In this document: in pieces, positions 31,461-42,116 of the stretch
Layout: each line of letters opens with the position of its first letter
Numbering within the stretch: the first letter of the stretch is position 1
Sequence record: SRR22947727_1461
Reading direction: 5' to 3' (one strand)
Length of the DNA: 64,000 bases
The notes under the pieces: generated by a model
What the model saw: only the letters and a program-made list of their open reading frames with translations
What the model was told of the DNA's origin: nothing
The model's database searches: none
Program-made: the position numbers and the translations under genes

Positions 31461-32273
31461 ATGAATAAATCAGGTTTGCAATCCTTACCAACCCCCAAAG
31501 TTCATGAATTTGGTTTAGTGAACTGGATGGGACTAGCTACATTATATAAAAAGGAAATAAAACGATTTATGCGTGTTGGTCCGCAAACTTTACTCGCACC
31601 TGTAATTTCCAACCTTTTGTATATGACAGTATTTGTACTAGCCTTCTCAGCACTAAGGCCTGACCCTGAATCTTTTATGGCATTCCTTGCACCGGGCTTG
31701 GTGATGTTGGGCATTTTAAATAATGCAGCAGCAAATAGTTCATCATCAATAATGACAGGGAAACTAATGGGTAGCATTTCAGATGTTTTAATGCCACCGT
31801 TATCCTATTTTGAACTAGCTATCGGCTGGATCGGGGGGGCTGCAACTAGGGGCATTATCGTTGCATTGGTTACCTCGCTAGCACTCAGTTTTTTTACACC
31901 TATGTATCCAAGTAAAATCTGGGCAATACTCTACTTTGGTATATCGGCGGCAGTTATGATGGGCATGGTTGGAGTTCTATCAGGAATATGGGCAGAGAAA
32001 TTTGATCAATTAGCCGTAGTAAATCAATTTATTATCCTGCCTCTATCGTTTTTGTCTGGAACATTTTATTCAATTGAAGTTTTACCTAAATCCTTCCAAG
32101 AATTAATTTTATTTAATCCACTTTTTTATTTAATAGATGGATTTAGGTATGGATTTTTAGGAGTTTCGGACGGCCCGATAATAACAGGCGTTATAACTAT
32201 TTTTCTGATCAATATAATACTTTTCTTCATAGTGTTGAAAGTTGTTAAATCAGGATGGCGAATTAAATCTTAA
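31461..32273 (+). CDS. ABC-2 type transporter permease (YadH-like)
   Basis: LYKKEIKRF, FLAPGL.M, PL.FLSG.FY, NPLFYLIDGFRYG; ATG start 31461 preferred. Confidence 0.9.
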   Translation: MNKSGLQSLPTPKVHEFGLVNWMGLATLYKKEIKRFMRVGPQTLLAPVISNLLYMTVFVLAFSALRPDPESFMAFLAPGLVMLGILNNAAANSSSSIMTGKLMGSISDVLMPPLSYFELAIGWIGGAATRGIIVALVTSLALSFFTPMYPSKIWAILYFGISAAVMMGMVGVLSGIWAEKFDQLAVVNQFIILPLSFLSGTFYSIEVLPKSFQELILFNPLFYLIDGFRYGFLGVSDGPIITGVITIFLINIILFFIVLKVVKSGWRIKS

Positions 32274-32283
32274 GGAATAAAAA

Positions 32284-33486
32284 ATGGCACTTGGCGATTA
32301 CTTATATGATACTTATAACCCCCCGAAACAAACCTTTATAAAGGGTGAAGGAGCATATCTTTATACAGAAAATGGTGATAAATATTTAGACTTTATTGCT
32401 GGGATTTCAGTTAATTGTCTTGGACACAATCACCCGTCTCCAAAGAAAGCCTTAATAGAACAAGCCAACAAGGTATGGCATTTATCAGGAATGTTTCAGT
32501 TACCAGGTGCAAAAGCTCTTGCGGAAAAATATTGCCTGGCGTTGCCATTTGCGGAAAAAGTTTTTTTTACTAACTCTGGGGCTGAAGCGCTCGAATGTGC
32601 CATGAAATCAGCTCGCAAATACCATTACGATAATGGCGATACGGAAAAAGTTGATATTATAACATTTCAAGGAGCTTTTCACGGTAGAACTTTTGCTACT
32701 ATCAATGCGGGGGGTAATCCTAAATACCTAAAGGGCTTCGGGCCAGCTTTACCTGGTTTCATCCACCTGCCTTTTGCTGATCACAAAGCGCTTAAAAAAG
32801 CAATCTCAAAAACTACAGCAGCAATACTTATAGAGCCCGTACAAGGCGAGGGTGGTTTAAGGCCTGTGCCAGATCAATGCTTATTAGGATTACGCAAGAT
32901 TTGTGATGATAATAATATTTTGTTAATTTACGATGAAGTGCAATGTGGCGCAGGAAGAACAGGGCGTCTTTTCGCTCATCAATGGGTAGAAGGAGCAGAA
33001 CCCGATATAATGGCAGTAGCAAAAGGAGTTGGCGGAGGGTTTCCTCTTGGGGCATGTATAGCTAGCGCAAAGGTTGGAGCGGGCATGGTACCCGGCACAC
33101 ACGGCTCAACTTATGGCGGAAACCCATTAGCAACTGCAGTCGGAAACGCTGTTTGGGATGAAATATCCAAACCTAATTTTCTGAAGAATATTAATATGGT
33201 TTCTGATTTAATAAAAAAAGAATTTGAACAATTAAAATATGAATTTCCTGATGTTGTACAAGAGCTCCGAGGAAAAGGTTTACTATGTGGAATGAAGCTT
33301 AAAAAATCAGCATTAGAAGTTAGAAAAATGATGTTAGAGAAGTTTATGCTTGGAGGCTCAGCAGGTGACAATGTTTTACGTCTTGCTCCTCCGTTAATTA
33401 TAAATGAAACGCATGTAAATGAAGCAGTAGCTATTTTAAGGTCATGCTTTGAAGAAGCTAAAAAACTTAATGATTTTGAAGTTTAG
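32284..33486 (+). CDS. argD: Acetylornithine aminotransferase
   Basis: NSGAEA, FHGRT, EPVQGEGG, DEVQCG.GRTG, AKG.GGG; precedes argF. Confidence 0.93.
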   Translation: MALGDYLYDTYNPPKQTFIKGEGAYLYTENGDKYLDFIAGISVNCLGHNHPSPKKALIEQANKVWHLSGMFQLPGAKALAEKYCLALPFAEKVFFTNSGAEALECAMKSARKYHYDNGDTEKVDIITFQGAFHGRTFATINAGGNPKYLKGFGPALPGFIHLPFADHKALKKAISKTTAAILIEPVQGEGGLRPVPDQCLLGLRKICDDNNILLIYDEVQCGAGRTGRLFAHQWVEGAEPDIMAVAKGVGGGFPLGACIASAKVGAGMVPGTHGSTYGGNPLATAVGNAVWDEISKPNFLKNINMVSDLIKKEFEQLKYEFPDVVQELRGKGLLCGMKLKKSALEVRKMMLEKFMLGGSAGDNVLRLAPPLIINETHVNEAVAILRSCFEEAKKLNDFEV

Positions 33487-33504
33487 CTTAATGCTAATTG
33501 CGCC

Positions 33505-33522
33505 TGTCAGAAAAAACTGACA
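33505..33522. repeat. Short perfect inverted repeat in the argD-argF intergenic region
   Basis: TGTCAG-AAAAAA-CTGACA. Confidence 0.45.
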
Positions 33523-33582
33523 TTTGCATAGAAAATATAAGTAATTTTTTGTAAGTATTATTCTTTATGTTAGGAGTAAAAA

Positions 33583-34524
33583 ATGACCACCCCAAAGCAT
33601 TTTCTTTCATTGGCGGATATACAGACATCTGAGCTAAGAAGTATTCTAGATGAAGCACACAGGATGAAAAAAAATCGTATAGGCTTACGAAAAGGTGAGT
33701 TAGATAATGACGCTCCATTAAAAGGGGAAACAATTGCTTTAATTTTCGAAAAACCAAGCACTCGTACACGTTTTTCTTTTGATATGGCCATCAGACAGCT
33801 CGGTGGAAGCTCTATTACTGCTACCAGTAACGATATGCAATTGGGCAGAGGCGAAACTATAGAAGATACTGCCAAAGTGCTATCTGGCTATATTGATGCA
33901 ATCATGCTACGTGCAAAAAATCATGAAACTATACTTAACTTAGCAGCCAATGCCAATATTCCTGTGATCAATGGATTAACAGATTTTAATCACCCTTGCC
34001 AAATAATGGCTGATTTACTAACTCTTGAAGAGCAGACAACTTTAAAGGCAGGTCAACTAAAAAACATGACACTTACTTGGGTAGGTGACGGCAATAATGT
34101 TGCGAATAGTTTTGTAAATGCTGCAGTAAAGTTTAAATATAAATTAAGATTATCCTCTCCAAAAGGTTATGAAGTAAAAAAGAGTATTTTAGATGCTGCT
34201 AGGTCTCATGGAGCAGATATTGAAGTTATAAAAAATCCATTACTGGCTTGTACAGGCACCGATGTTGTTATTGCCGATACCTTTGTGTCTATGGGCGATA
34301 AAAACTCAGAAAAAAGATTAAAAGATTTATCCGCCTATCAAGTAAATGATAAATTAATGAATGCAGCAGCAAAAAATTCTATATTTCTGCATTGCTTGCC
34401 AGCCCACCGTGGAGAAGAAGTAAGTGCAAGCGTGATAGATGGTCCTAAGAGTGTTGTTATCCAGGAAGCCGAAAATAGACTTCATGCACAAAAATCTATA
34501 ATTAAATGGTGCCTTAACAGTTAG
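33583..34524 (+). CDS. argF: Ornithine carbamoyltransferase
   Basis: STRTR, HPCQ, GDGNNV, SMG, HCLP. Confidence 0.97.
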   Translation: MTTPKHFLSLADIQTSELRSILDEAHRMKKNRIGLRKGELDNDAPLKGETIALIFEKPSTRTRFSFDMAIRQLGGSSITATSNDMQLGRGETIEDTAKVLSGYIDAIMLRAKNHETILNLAANANIPVINGLTDFNHPCQIMADLLTLEEQTTLKAGQLKNMTLTWVGDGNNVANSFVNAAVKFKYKLRLSSPKGYEVKKSILDAARSHGADIEVIKNPLLACTGTDVVIADTFVSMGDKNSEKRLKDLSAYQVNDKLMNAAAKNSIFLHCLPAHRGEEVSASVIDGPKSVVIQEAENRLHAQKSIIKWCLNS

Positions 34525-34544
34525 AAAATACAAGAAAAAATGTT

Positions 34545-36287
34545 ATGCCAAAAAATATAAATCGCAGACAAATCCTAGGTGGATTAACGGCCACAAGTGC
34601 TTTCGCATGTTCGCCAAAAAATATATCAAGCTATAATGCTGAAGAAAAAAGTCATTCTGGTGAATTTTTACATGGGGTTGCCTCAGGGGATCCAAAGTTT
34701 GATAGAGTTATAATATGGACTCGGATAACGCCAGAAGACCCGCAACTAGGACAACTACGTGTTAAATGGGAGTTATCTAAAAATGAAAATTTTGAAATAA
34801 TAGCCAAGTCAGGTTTTTTTTCATCCCAATTATCTCGAGATTTTACTGTGAAAATCGATGTTAAAAATCTTATGGCTAACACAGAATATTATTATAGATT
34901 TCATTTTAATAAAAATACCTCGCCGATAGGGAAAACAAAAACACTTCCTAAGGGTGATATAGAAAAAGCAAGTTTTGCTGTTGTTTCATGCTCTAATTGG
35001 GAGCATGGATATTTTAATGTTTATGATCACATAGCACGTCAAGATCATTTCGATGCAGTTATTCACCTAGGAGACTATTACTATGAATACGGTGCAGGAG
35101 AATACGAGGGAGCTTCAGGAACTAATCTAAATCGAAAACATTCACCTGAACATGAAATAATAACACTTGACGATTATCGCAAAAGACACGCACAATATAG
35201 AAGTGACAGTAGCTTACAGTTACTAACTCAAAAATTACCTCTTATAGCAATATGGGATGATCACGAAACAAGTAATGATAGTTGGAAAGCAGGGGCAGAT
35301 AACCACGGTCCCAATGAAGGTGATTGGAAAGATAGAAAACATGCGGCTTTAAGGGCTTATTATGAATGGATGCCAGTAAGAGAGCCAAAGCTAGAGCGAT
35401 TAAAAAGTGATATATTTCGAAGTTTTGAGTGGGGCAACCTACTAACTCTAATAACTGTTGAAACTCGGCTGACTGCAAGGGCAGAACCTTTAGTTATGGA
35501 AGAGCATTATGATTTAATTACAAGTCCAGGAGGAGCTGAAAACTTTAAATCTGATATATTAAATGACCCAACTCGAGAAATGTTTGGTATAACTCAAAGT
35601 GAATTTATAATTAATGAACTTAAAAAATCAAAATCCTCTGGAACCTCTTGGCGAGTAATTGCAAACCAAGTTATTATGGGTCGCTTACATACCACCGACC
35701 TAGAGCCTTACATTGATGAAAGTACTTTGAATTTAATTGAAAAAGATTGGCAAGGGGTTCGTGAAAGTATTCAACTCTCTAAGTATAAACTGCCGGTTTA
35801 TCCTGATAGCTGGGATGGATATCCATACGCTAGGGAAAGATTTTATAAAGAATTAATAACTGAAGGAATAAAAGATATTATTGTACTTACTGGCGATGCA
35901 CATGAGTTTTGGATAAATGACCTTACTTCTAAAAATAAAGAAAAAGTCGGAATAGAGTGCGTTACCTCTTCAGTATCTTCAAAAACAATGACAGCTTATT
36001 TAGGTGGCAATACAGCAGATTACTCTTTACTTCTTACACAAGCAAACCCTGATGCTCGTTATTATAACGCACTTCATAATGGCTATATAGACTTCTCATT
36101 AAATCAAGAAGCGGGCAAAGTTAAGTTGATAGGAGTATCAACTGTTGCGAGTCAAAAATATGAAACATTTGAGATTGCGAGCTTTAATTTAAAAAAGCAA
36201 AGCGATACAATTACTGCAACAAAACCAAAGGGGTTAAATTTAAAACAAAGAGTACTCTTTGAAGGTATAGGTCAAGCTAAGCACTAA
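34545..36287 (+). CDS. phoD: PhoD-family alkaline phosphatase (Tat-exported, possibly a lipoprotein)
   Basis: NRRQIL twin-arginine then AFAC; F.HGVASGDP, HLGDY.YE, WDDHE, DSWDGY, TGDAH. Confidence 0.92.
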   Translation: MPKNINRRQILGGLTATSAFACSPKNISSYNAEEKSHSGEFLHGVASGDPKFDRVIIWTRITPEDPQLGQLRVKWELSKNENFEIIAKSGFFSSQLSRDFTVKIDVKNLMANTEYYYRFHFNKNTSPIGKTKTLPKGDIEKASFAVVSCSNWEHGYFNVYDHIARQDHFDAVIHLGDYYYEYGAGEYEGASGTNLNRKHSPEHEIITLDDYRKRHAQYRSDSSLQLLTQKLPLIAIWDDHETSNDSWKAGADNHGPNEGDWKDRKHAALRAYYEWMPVREPKLERLKSDIFRSFEWGNLLTLITVETRLTARAEPLVMEEHYDLITSPGGAENFKSDILNDPTREMFGITQSEFIINELKKSKSSGTSWRVIANQVIMGRLHTTDLEPYIDESTLNLIEKDWQGVRESIQLSKYKLPVYPDSWDGYPYARERFYKELITEGIKDIIVLTGDAHEFWINDLTSKNKEKVGIECVTSSVSSKTMTAYLGGNTADYSLLLTQANPDARYYNALHNGYIDFSLNQEAGKVKLIGVSTVASQKYETFEIASFNLKKQSDTITATKPKGLNLKQRVLFEGIGQAKH

Positions 36288-36562
36288 GCTTTTTTAGCCT
36301 CCAAGCTAAAAGCATGAATTTGAGAAATTTCTTCATCAAGTAACTCCATAACAAGTCTATGAATTTGCAATCTGTTAAGTCCATCAAACTTTTTACTGAT
36401 AATTACCACATGAAAATGGCTTTCTTTCCCGCCACCATCCAGTCCATGTTTGATAGCTCCTTGATGATGAGAATGTTTCGCTGATTCATCTATAACCTCT
36501 AGGTGCGTCGGATTGAAACTTTCTTGTAATTTTCTCTTGATTGATTCACTTAAAATGCCCAT
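36284..36562 (-). CDS. bolA: BolA-family protein
   Basis: LEVIDES..H..H, ESHF.V.I.S..F.GLNRL..HR, IHA. Confidence 0.92.
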   Translation of the reverse strand: MGILSESIKRKLQESFNPTHLEVIDESAKHSHHQGAIKHGLDGGGKESHFHVVIISKKFDGLNRLQIHRLVMELLDEEISQIHAFSLEAKKA

Positions 36563-36563
36563 T

Positions 36564-36578
36564 TTAACCAGTCCTTAA
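36564..36578. promoter_or_regulatory. CtrA-box-like site in the bolA / J-domain divergent region
   Basis: TTAA-CCAGTCC-TTAA (TTAA-N7-TTAA); chance matches are expected in AT-rich DNA. Confidence 0.35.
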
Positions 36579-36617
36579 AAAACAACCAAAACACAAACCC
36601 TTAACGTAACAGTATAT

Positions 36618-37241
36618 ATGACAAATAATTTTGAATACAAACCCAAAGGCATAGATATCCGTGTAAATAAGGGTAAAAAGAAAGTAGACCCTAATCAACA
36701 AGTGTGTGATTGGGCCGGTTGCGTTAGCATGGGAGGGTGCAGGGCACCTAAATCTCCAGATAGCGTAGGAAAAGAATATTATAATTTTTGCACCCAACAT
36801 GCCCGCGAATATAATAAAAATTGGAATTTCTTCTCAAACATGAGTGATGAGGATATTGCAGAATGGCAAATTGGAGCTCGCCATGGCCATAGGCCCACAT
36901 GGGATGTACGTAAAAATACAGCAGAAAGGGCTTCCGCACAAAAAAAACGAAAAGCAGGTTCGACAGCTGCTACAGCTGAAGGTTATTCAATATTTGGTGA
37001 AGGTAAAATAACAGATCAGACTGAGGCACCAAGAAGGCGAAGTTTGTCCAAATTACAGCTTAAAGCTTTAAATGACCTTGGGCTAGACGATACGGCCTCC
37101 AAAGCAGATGTAAGAAAGCGTTACACACAATTAGTTAAGCAGCTTCATCCAGATACGAATCAAGGCAAACGGAATACTGAAGAAAGTTATCAGCGCGTAG
37201 TCAGTGCAATGAAAGTTCTACGAACAACAAACCTTGGCTAA
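36618..37241 (+). CDS. Class C J-domain protein (N-terminal Cys/His motif, C-terminal J domain)
   Basis: CDWAGC...RAPKS...FC..HAREYN..WNFF, C-terminal LHPD. Confidence 0.9.
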   Translation: MTNNFEYKPKGIDIRVNKGKKKVDPNQQVCDWAGCVSMGGCRAPKSPDSVGKEYYNFCTQHAREYNKNWNFFSNMSDEDIAEWQIGARHGHRPTWDVRKNTAERASAQKKRKAGSTAATAEGYSIFGEGKITDQTEAPRRRSLSKLQLKALNDLGLDDTASKADVRKRYTQLVKQLHPDTNQGKRNTEESYQRVVSAMKVLRTTNLG

Positions 37242-37273
37242 AAATTTTACATTAACCTAAAACGGATAAGCAG

Positions 37274-38257
37274 ATGAACGAAAAATTTCCAATTTTTAAA
37301 CCGGACACATTCGTATCGGCGAGAGAAACCTTTAATACTAATTTTGATATGCAGGTACCTGCATTTAGTAAAAAGTCTGAATATGTACCAACTATAGATA
37401 ATGCATATTTATTTGATTCTAAAACAACTCAAGCGATTTGCGCCGGGTTTGCTAATGATAGGCGGGTCATGCTTCAGGGTTATCATGGAACTGGCAAATC
37501 AACACATATTGAACAGGTGGCAGCTCGACTTAATTGGCCAATGGTCAGAATAAATTTAGACTCACATGTGAGTAGAATTGATCTCATAGGTAAAGATGCC
37601 ATCGTTTTAAAGGATGGAAAACAAATTACAGAATTTCGTGAGGGCCTATTACCTTGGGCACTTCAAAACCCTGTCGCATTAGTTTTTGATGAATATGATG
37701 CGGGACGGCCAGATGTTATGTTTGTTATACAACGTGTCTTAGAGGCTCAAGGCAGACTAACTCTATTAGATCAAAGCAAAGTTATTACACCACATATTGC
37801 TTTTAGGCTTTTTGCTACAACCAATACTGTCGGACTAGGGGATACGTCAGGCTTATATCATGGAACACAACAAATAAACCAAGGCCAAATGGATAGATGG
37901 AGCATTGTATGTCAACTAAATTATCTCTCCCACCAAGAGGAAGAAGCGATAGTATTAGCTAAATCACCAACTTATAAAACTCAAGAAGGCAAGGATATAA
38001 TTGCTTCCATGGTTAGGGTTGCAGATATGACCCGTAGTAGCTTTATTGCAGGTGACATATCTACAGTGATGAGCCCCAGAACAGTTATGAATTGGGCAGA
38101 AAATGCACGTATTTTTGATAATGATATTGCACAAGCCTTTAGACTCACATTTTTAAATAAATGTGATGAATTAGAAAGGCCGATAATCAATGAGTTTTAT
38201 CAAAGGGCATTCGGAAATGATCTAGCAGAATCAGCAATATCTGGCTTAGTTAGTTAA
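37274..38257 (+). CDS. cobS: CobS AAA+ ATPase (cobaltochelatase small-subunit homolog)
   Basis: [40 protein letters not shown]. Confidence 0.95.
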   Translation: MNEKFPIFKPDTFVSARETFNTNFDMQVPAFSKKSEYVPTIDNAYLFDSKTTQAICAGFANDRRVMLQGYHGTGKSTHIEQVAARLNWPMVRINLDSHVSRIDLIGKDAIVLKDGKQITEFREGLLPWALQNPVALVFDEYDAGRPDVMFVIQRVLEAQGRLTLLDQSKVITPHIAFRLFATTNTVGLGDTSGLYHGTQQINQGQMDRWSIVCQLNYLSHQEEEAIVLAKSPTYKTQEGKDIIASMVRVADMTRSSFIAGDISTVMSPRTVMNWAENARIFDNDIAQAFRLTFLNKCDELERPIINEFYQRAFGNDLAESAISGLVS

Positions 38258-38265
38258 AACAGTTA

Positions 38266-40077
38266 ATGAGTAAAAATACTCCAGTTGATAAATTTAAAAA
38301 TGCTATTAGTGCATCAACAAAAGCCTTAGCTGGCGACCCAAATATAGAAATTTCTTTTGGCGGGGACGTTGCTGGTTTAGTGCGCGACCAAGTAATGCTA
38401 CCTAGCTTGCCTGCTAAATTAAGCTATCAGGAGATTTCAAAAATTAGGGGAGAAGCAGATGGAATAGCATTATATTTGGCTCACCATGACAAGACTATTC
38501 ATAAAAAGTACCAACCCGGAATTGGTCCAAGAAGAGCAATATATGAAGCAATAGAAACCGCAAGAGTTGAAGCGGTTGGTAGTAAATACTTGAAAGGTGT
38601 TAGCTCTAACCTTTTTGCTTCTGCATTTGCAAGGGGCCTACGAAAAGGTTTCAACAAAGTAGGTATGAAGAAGGATGAAAATAACTTCGCCGAGGCATTA
38701 GGTCTATACACTCGTGAAATATTTACCGAAACTGAAACTCCATCCAGTTTTGATGGAATTATGTTAAATTGGAGAAAAGAAATAGTAGATGAAATATCAT
38801 CAGATATAATAAATCTAAAAACTAAAATTTTTGATCAAGAAGAATTCGCAAAATCTGTACAGATACTAATTCAAAATTTAGAATTAAATAACAACCTTGC
38901 CGAACCAGAAGAAAATAAAGAATCAGAAGAAGAAAACTCTGAAAATGAAGGATCACAACCTGATCAAACACCGGATATTCCTCAAGAACAAGAACAAGGG
39001 CAGTCTGAAGTTTCAAGCGCTAACGCCATTGATGATGAAGAAATAAGCCCACAAGATATTATTGATGCAGAGAATATAGATGGCGGCCCTAATGATGAAA
39101 ACCAAACTTCCGACCCAAATGCACCTCGCCCAAATCCTACAAATCTACCAGATCCGTATAAAATTTATTCGAATAAAAATGATGAGACTATTAAGGCCGA
39201 AGAACTCTGTGATATCGAAGAATTAGATAGATTAAGAGGTTATCTTGATAGCCATATGGCCGGTCTATCATCGATTATTTCTAGGCTGGCAAACCGTTTG
39301 CAACGAAAGCTTCTTGCCCAGCAGCAACGCGCATGGACATTTGACCTTGAAGAGGGTCAACTTGATACAGCGCGACTCACTCGCGTGATTGTTGACCCTA
39401 TGTCAGCCCTAACCTTCAAGGAAGAGAAGGAAACTAATTTCCGCGATACGATAGTTACAATACTAATTGACAATTCTGGATCAATGAGAGGTCGGCCTAT
39501 AATGGTTGCAGCTGTTTGCGCAGATATAATGGCCAGAACTCTTGAAAGGTGCGGAGTAAAGTCAGAAATTCTTGGCTTTACAACACGTGCTTGGAAAGGA
39601 GGACATAGCTTTCAAGACTGGATGACTAATGGGAAGCCAACTTCCCCCGGTCGCCTCAACGATTTACGCCACATAATATACAAAGGGGCAGAAACTCCTT
39701 GGCGAAGAGCAAAAAGGAACTTAGGATTAATGATGCGCGAAGGGTTATTAAAAGAGAATATAGATGGCGAAGCTCTCGAATGGGCATATCAACGTTGCTC
39801 CGATAGGCTCGAACAAAGAAAAATTATAATGATTATTTCTGACGGAGCTCCGGTAGATGATGCAACACAGAGTCAAAACAAAACAGGCCTTCTAGAGTCT
39901 CACCTAAGGATGGTCATCGATAAAATCGAAAATAGAAGTGAAGTTGAGCTAGTTGCAATTGGTATTGGTCATGATGTTACGCGTTGGTACAAACGCGCGG
40001 TTACCATAATGGATGTTGAGCAGTTGGGCGGTGCTATGACAGAAAAACTTGCAGAGCTATTTGACGCTAAAAAATAA
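38266..40077 (+). CDS. cobT: CobT vWA-domain protein (cobaltochelatase medium-subunit homolog)
   Basis: RGEAD, acidic linker, [34 protein letters not shown]. Confidence 0.95.
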   Translation: MSKNTPVDKFKNAISASTKALAGDPNIEISFGGDVAGLVRDQVMLPSLPAKLSYQEISKIRGEADGIALYLAHHDKTIHKKYQPGIGPRRAIYEAIETARVEAVGSKYLKGVSSNLFASAFARGLRKGFNKVGMKKDENNFAEALGLYTREIFTETETPSSFDGIMLNWRKEIVDEISSDIINLKTKIFDQEEFAKSVQILIQNLELNNNLAEPEENKESEEENSENEGSQPDQTPDIPQEQEQGQSEVSSANAIDDEEISPQDIIDAENIDGGPNDENQTSDPNAPRPNPTNLPDPYKIYSNKNDETIKAEELCDIEELDRLRGYLDSHMAGLSSIISRLANRLQRKLLAQQQRAWTFDLEEGQLDTARLTRVIVDPMSALTFKEEKETNFRDTIVTILIDNSGSMRGRPIMVAAVCADIMARTLERCGVKSEILGFTTRAWKGGHSFQDWMTNGKPTSPGRLNDLRHIIYKGAETPWRRAKRNLGLMMREGLLKENIDGEALEWAYQRCSDRLEQRKIIMIISDGAPVDDATQSQNKTGLLESHLRMVIDKIENRSEVELVAIGIGHDVTRWYKRAVTIMDVEQLGGAMTEKLAELFDAKK

Positions 40078-40155
40078 CTTAGTCTTAACCCTTAATACAT
40101 TTTAAAAATAAATTATAAGTAAATACTAACAAGGTTTTAAAACAAAATTTAGATT

Positions 40156-41550
40156 ATGACACTAGATCCAAAAAATTGGGAAGAGTTTCGCCAGATTGCT
40201 CACGCTATGCTAGACAGCTCTCTGGATAAAATGGAAAATACCCGGCAGGGCAGGGTTTGGACTCCGGTACCAAAGGACCTTGAAGCTAGCTTCAAAACTG
40301 ATACCCCAAATGAAAGTCTTTCTTTGCAACAGATAAAAGAAGAGCTTGATCAAATAATGAAGTATGGCCCTGGAAACACTCACCCTCGATTCTTTGGCTG
40401 GGTGAATGGTGCTGGCTCACCATCAAATATTTTAGCAGAAATTGCTGCAGCCGCAATGAATGTAAATGCAGGAGGAAGAAATCATATTGCTCCTATTATA
40501 GAGCAACAAGTAATTAAATGGTCAGCTAGTATTATGGGAATGCCTGACAACACAACTGGTCTGATAACATCAGGCACATCAATGGCAACAATTATAGCAC
40601 TTAAAGTCGCTCGTGATAAAGCTCTTGAATTACACGACCATAGTACACTAGTTGGCTATACAAGCGATCAAACCCATAATTGTATAGCAAAAGCATTCGA
40701 TTTATTAGGGCTTCCTAAGACTTCATTACAAAAAATCCCATGTGATAATAATTATGAAATTCATATAAAAACATTAAAAGAAACTATTGAAAAAGACCTC
40801 GCTGATGGTCGTCATCCTTTCGTCATTATAGGTAACGCAGGTACAGTAAATACAGGATCAATTGATAATTTAAATAAGTTAGCAGATATCGCATACAATA
40901 ATGGAATTTGGTACCACATTGATGGAGCCTTCGGTTCTGCAGCAATCTTATCAAAAACTGCGCAGCATCGTCTAAAAGGTTTGAGCAAAGCAGACAGTAT
41001 AGCATTTGATTTCCATAAATGGTGGCAAGTTAATTATGAAGCAGGTTGTGTTCTTATTAAAGATTCTATTTTGCATAAGAAATCTTTCGCCAATAGACCT
41101 GAATACTTGAAATATTGTCAAGAAGGCCTCTCTGGGGGCGATTTTTGGTCTATGGATTATGGACCTGAACTATCAAGAAGTTTCAGAGCTCTCAAAGTAT
41201 GGGTTCATCTAAAGTCTCATGGAATAAGTGAAATTGCAAATGTTGTAGAGAGAAATATTAATCAAGCGCAATACTTAAAAAATAGAGTAAAATCAGAGGA
41301 AGTACTAGAATTACTGGCACCAGTAGCCCTCAATATATGTTGCTTCCGCTATAAATTTAAATCAAATATAGATGAGAAAAATTCACTTATTGTTCTTAAA
41401 ATTCAAGAAAGTGGAATAGCTGCCCCATCTACAACCACAATAAATGGGAATACAGCTATCCGAATAAATATAACAAATCACCGAACTATTAATTCAGACT
41501 TAGACTTACTAATAGATTCAGTCTTAGAAGTAGGGAAATCCTTAGTTTAG
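40156..41550 (+). CDS. Group II PLP-dependent amino-acid decarboxylase
   Basis: HPRFFG, SG.SMA, AGTVNTG.ID, HIDGAFG, DFHKW (PLP lysine). Confidence 0.9.
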   Translation: MTLDPKNWEEFRQIAHAMLDSSLDKMENTRQGRVWTPVPKDLEASFKTDTPNESLSLQQIKEELDQIMKYGPGNTHPRFFGWVNGAGSPSNILAEIAAAAMNVNAGGRNHIAPIIEQQVIKWSASIMGMPDNTTGLITSGTSMATIIALKVARDKALELHDHSTLVGYTSDQTHNCIAKAFDLLGLPKTSLQKIPCDNNYEIHIKTLKETIEKDLADGRHPFVIIGNAGTVNTGSIDNLNKLADIAYNNGIWYHIDGAFGSAAILSKTAQHRLKGLSKADSIAFDFHKWWQVNYEAGCVLIKDSILHKKSFANRPEYLKYCQEGLSGGDFWSMDYGPELSRSFRALKVWVHLKSHGISEIANVVERNINQAQYLKNRVKSEEVLELLAPVALNICCFRYKFKSNIDEKNSLIVLKIQESGIAAPSTTTINGNTAIRINITNHRTINSDLDLLIDSVLEVGKSLV

Positions 41551-41566
41551 TATTATTTAAAAGTAA

Positions 41567-42049
41567 TTACCCGTCAGTAACTGGACCACTTTGAAGCTGA
41601 ATATAATTTTCAATTCCTATTTGTTTGATCAAATCATATTGTGTTTCAAGAAAATCAACATGCTCTTCTTCATTTACTAAAATTGATTGTAGAAGGTCTC
41701 TAGTACCATAGTCTCTTATGCTTTCACAATATTCAACAGCATCGCGGTAAATAGGAATAGCAATATCTTCAAGCTTCATGTCGCATTCAAGAATTTCATG
41801 AACTGACTCACCTATGTATAACTTTCCTAAATCCTGCAAATTAGGCAATCCATTGAGAAAAAGAATTCGTTCAATAATCTTATCTGCATGCTCCATTTCT
41901 TCTATACTTTCTTTATACTCTTTTTCAGCTAACTTTGTGACTCCCCAATCTTTTAACATTCTTGAATGTAAAAAATATTGATTAATCGCGGTTAGCTCAG
42001 CTTTTAATGCTTTATTTAAATGTTCTATGGTTTTTTTATCGCCACGCAT
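41567..42049 (-). CDS. bfr: Bacterioferritin
   Basis: ELTAINQYFLH, EEMEHAD (haem-ligand Met), EEEHVD; AAGGAG RBS. Confidence 0.98.
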   Translation of the reverse strand: MRGDKKTIEHLNKALKAELTAINQYFLHSRMLKDWGVTKLAEKEYKESIEEMEHADKIIERILFLNGLPNLQDLGKLYIGESVHEILECDMKLEDIAIPIYRDAVEYCESIRDYGTRDLLQSILVNEEEHVDFLETQYDLIKQIGIENYIQLQSGPVTDG

Positions 42050-42072
42050 AATTAACTCCTTTTTTCTAAGGC

Positions 42073-42102
42073 ATATTGAAACTTTTAGGTATATGTCGTC
42101 AA
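42073..42102 (-). promoter_or_regulatory. Putative bfr promoter
   Basis: TTGACG-N18-CAATAT on minus strand, upstream of the AAGGAG RBS. Confidence 0.5.
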
Positions 42103-42116
42103 TTTAAATGTTGGCA

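Noticed and set aside
33523-33560. Possible ArgR (ARG) box upstream of argF (TTTGCATAGAAAATATAA)
   Set aside because: Only one half-site fits, the spacing is off by one, and there is no convincing tandem box.
37274-40077. Reading cobS/cobT as proof of cobalamin biosynthesis
   Set aside because: No cobN or corrin-pathway gene in the window; cannot be concluded from these two genes alone.
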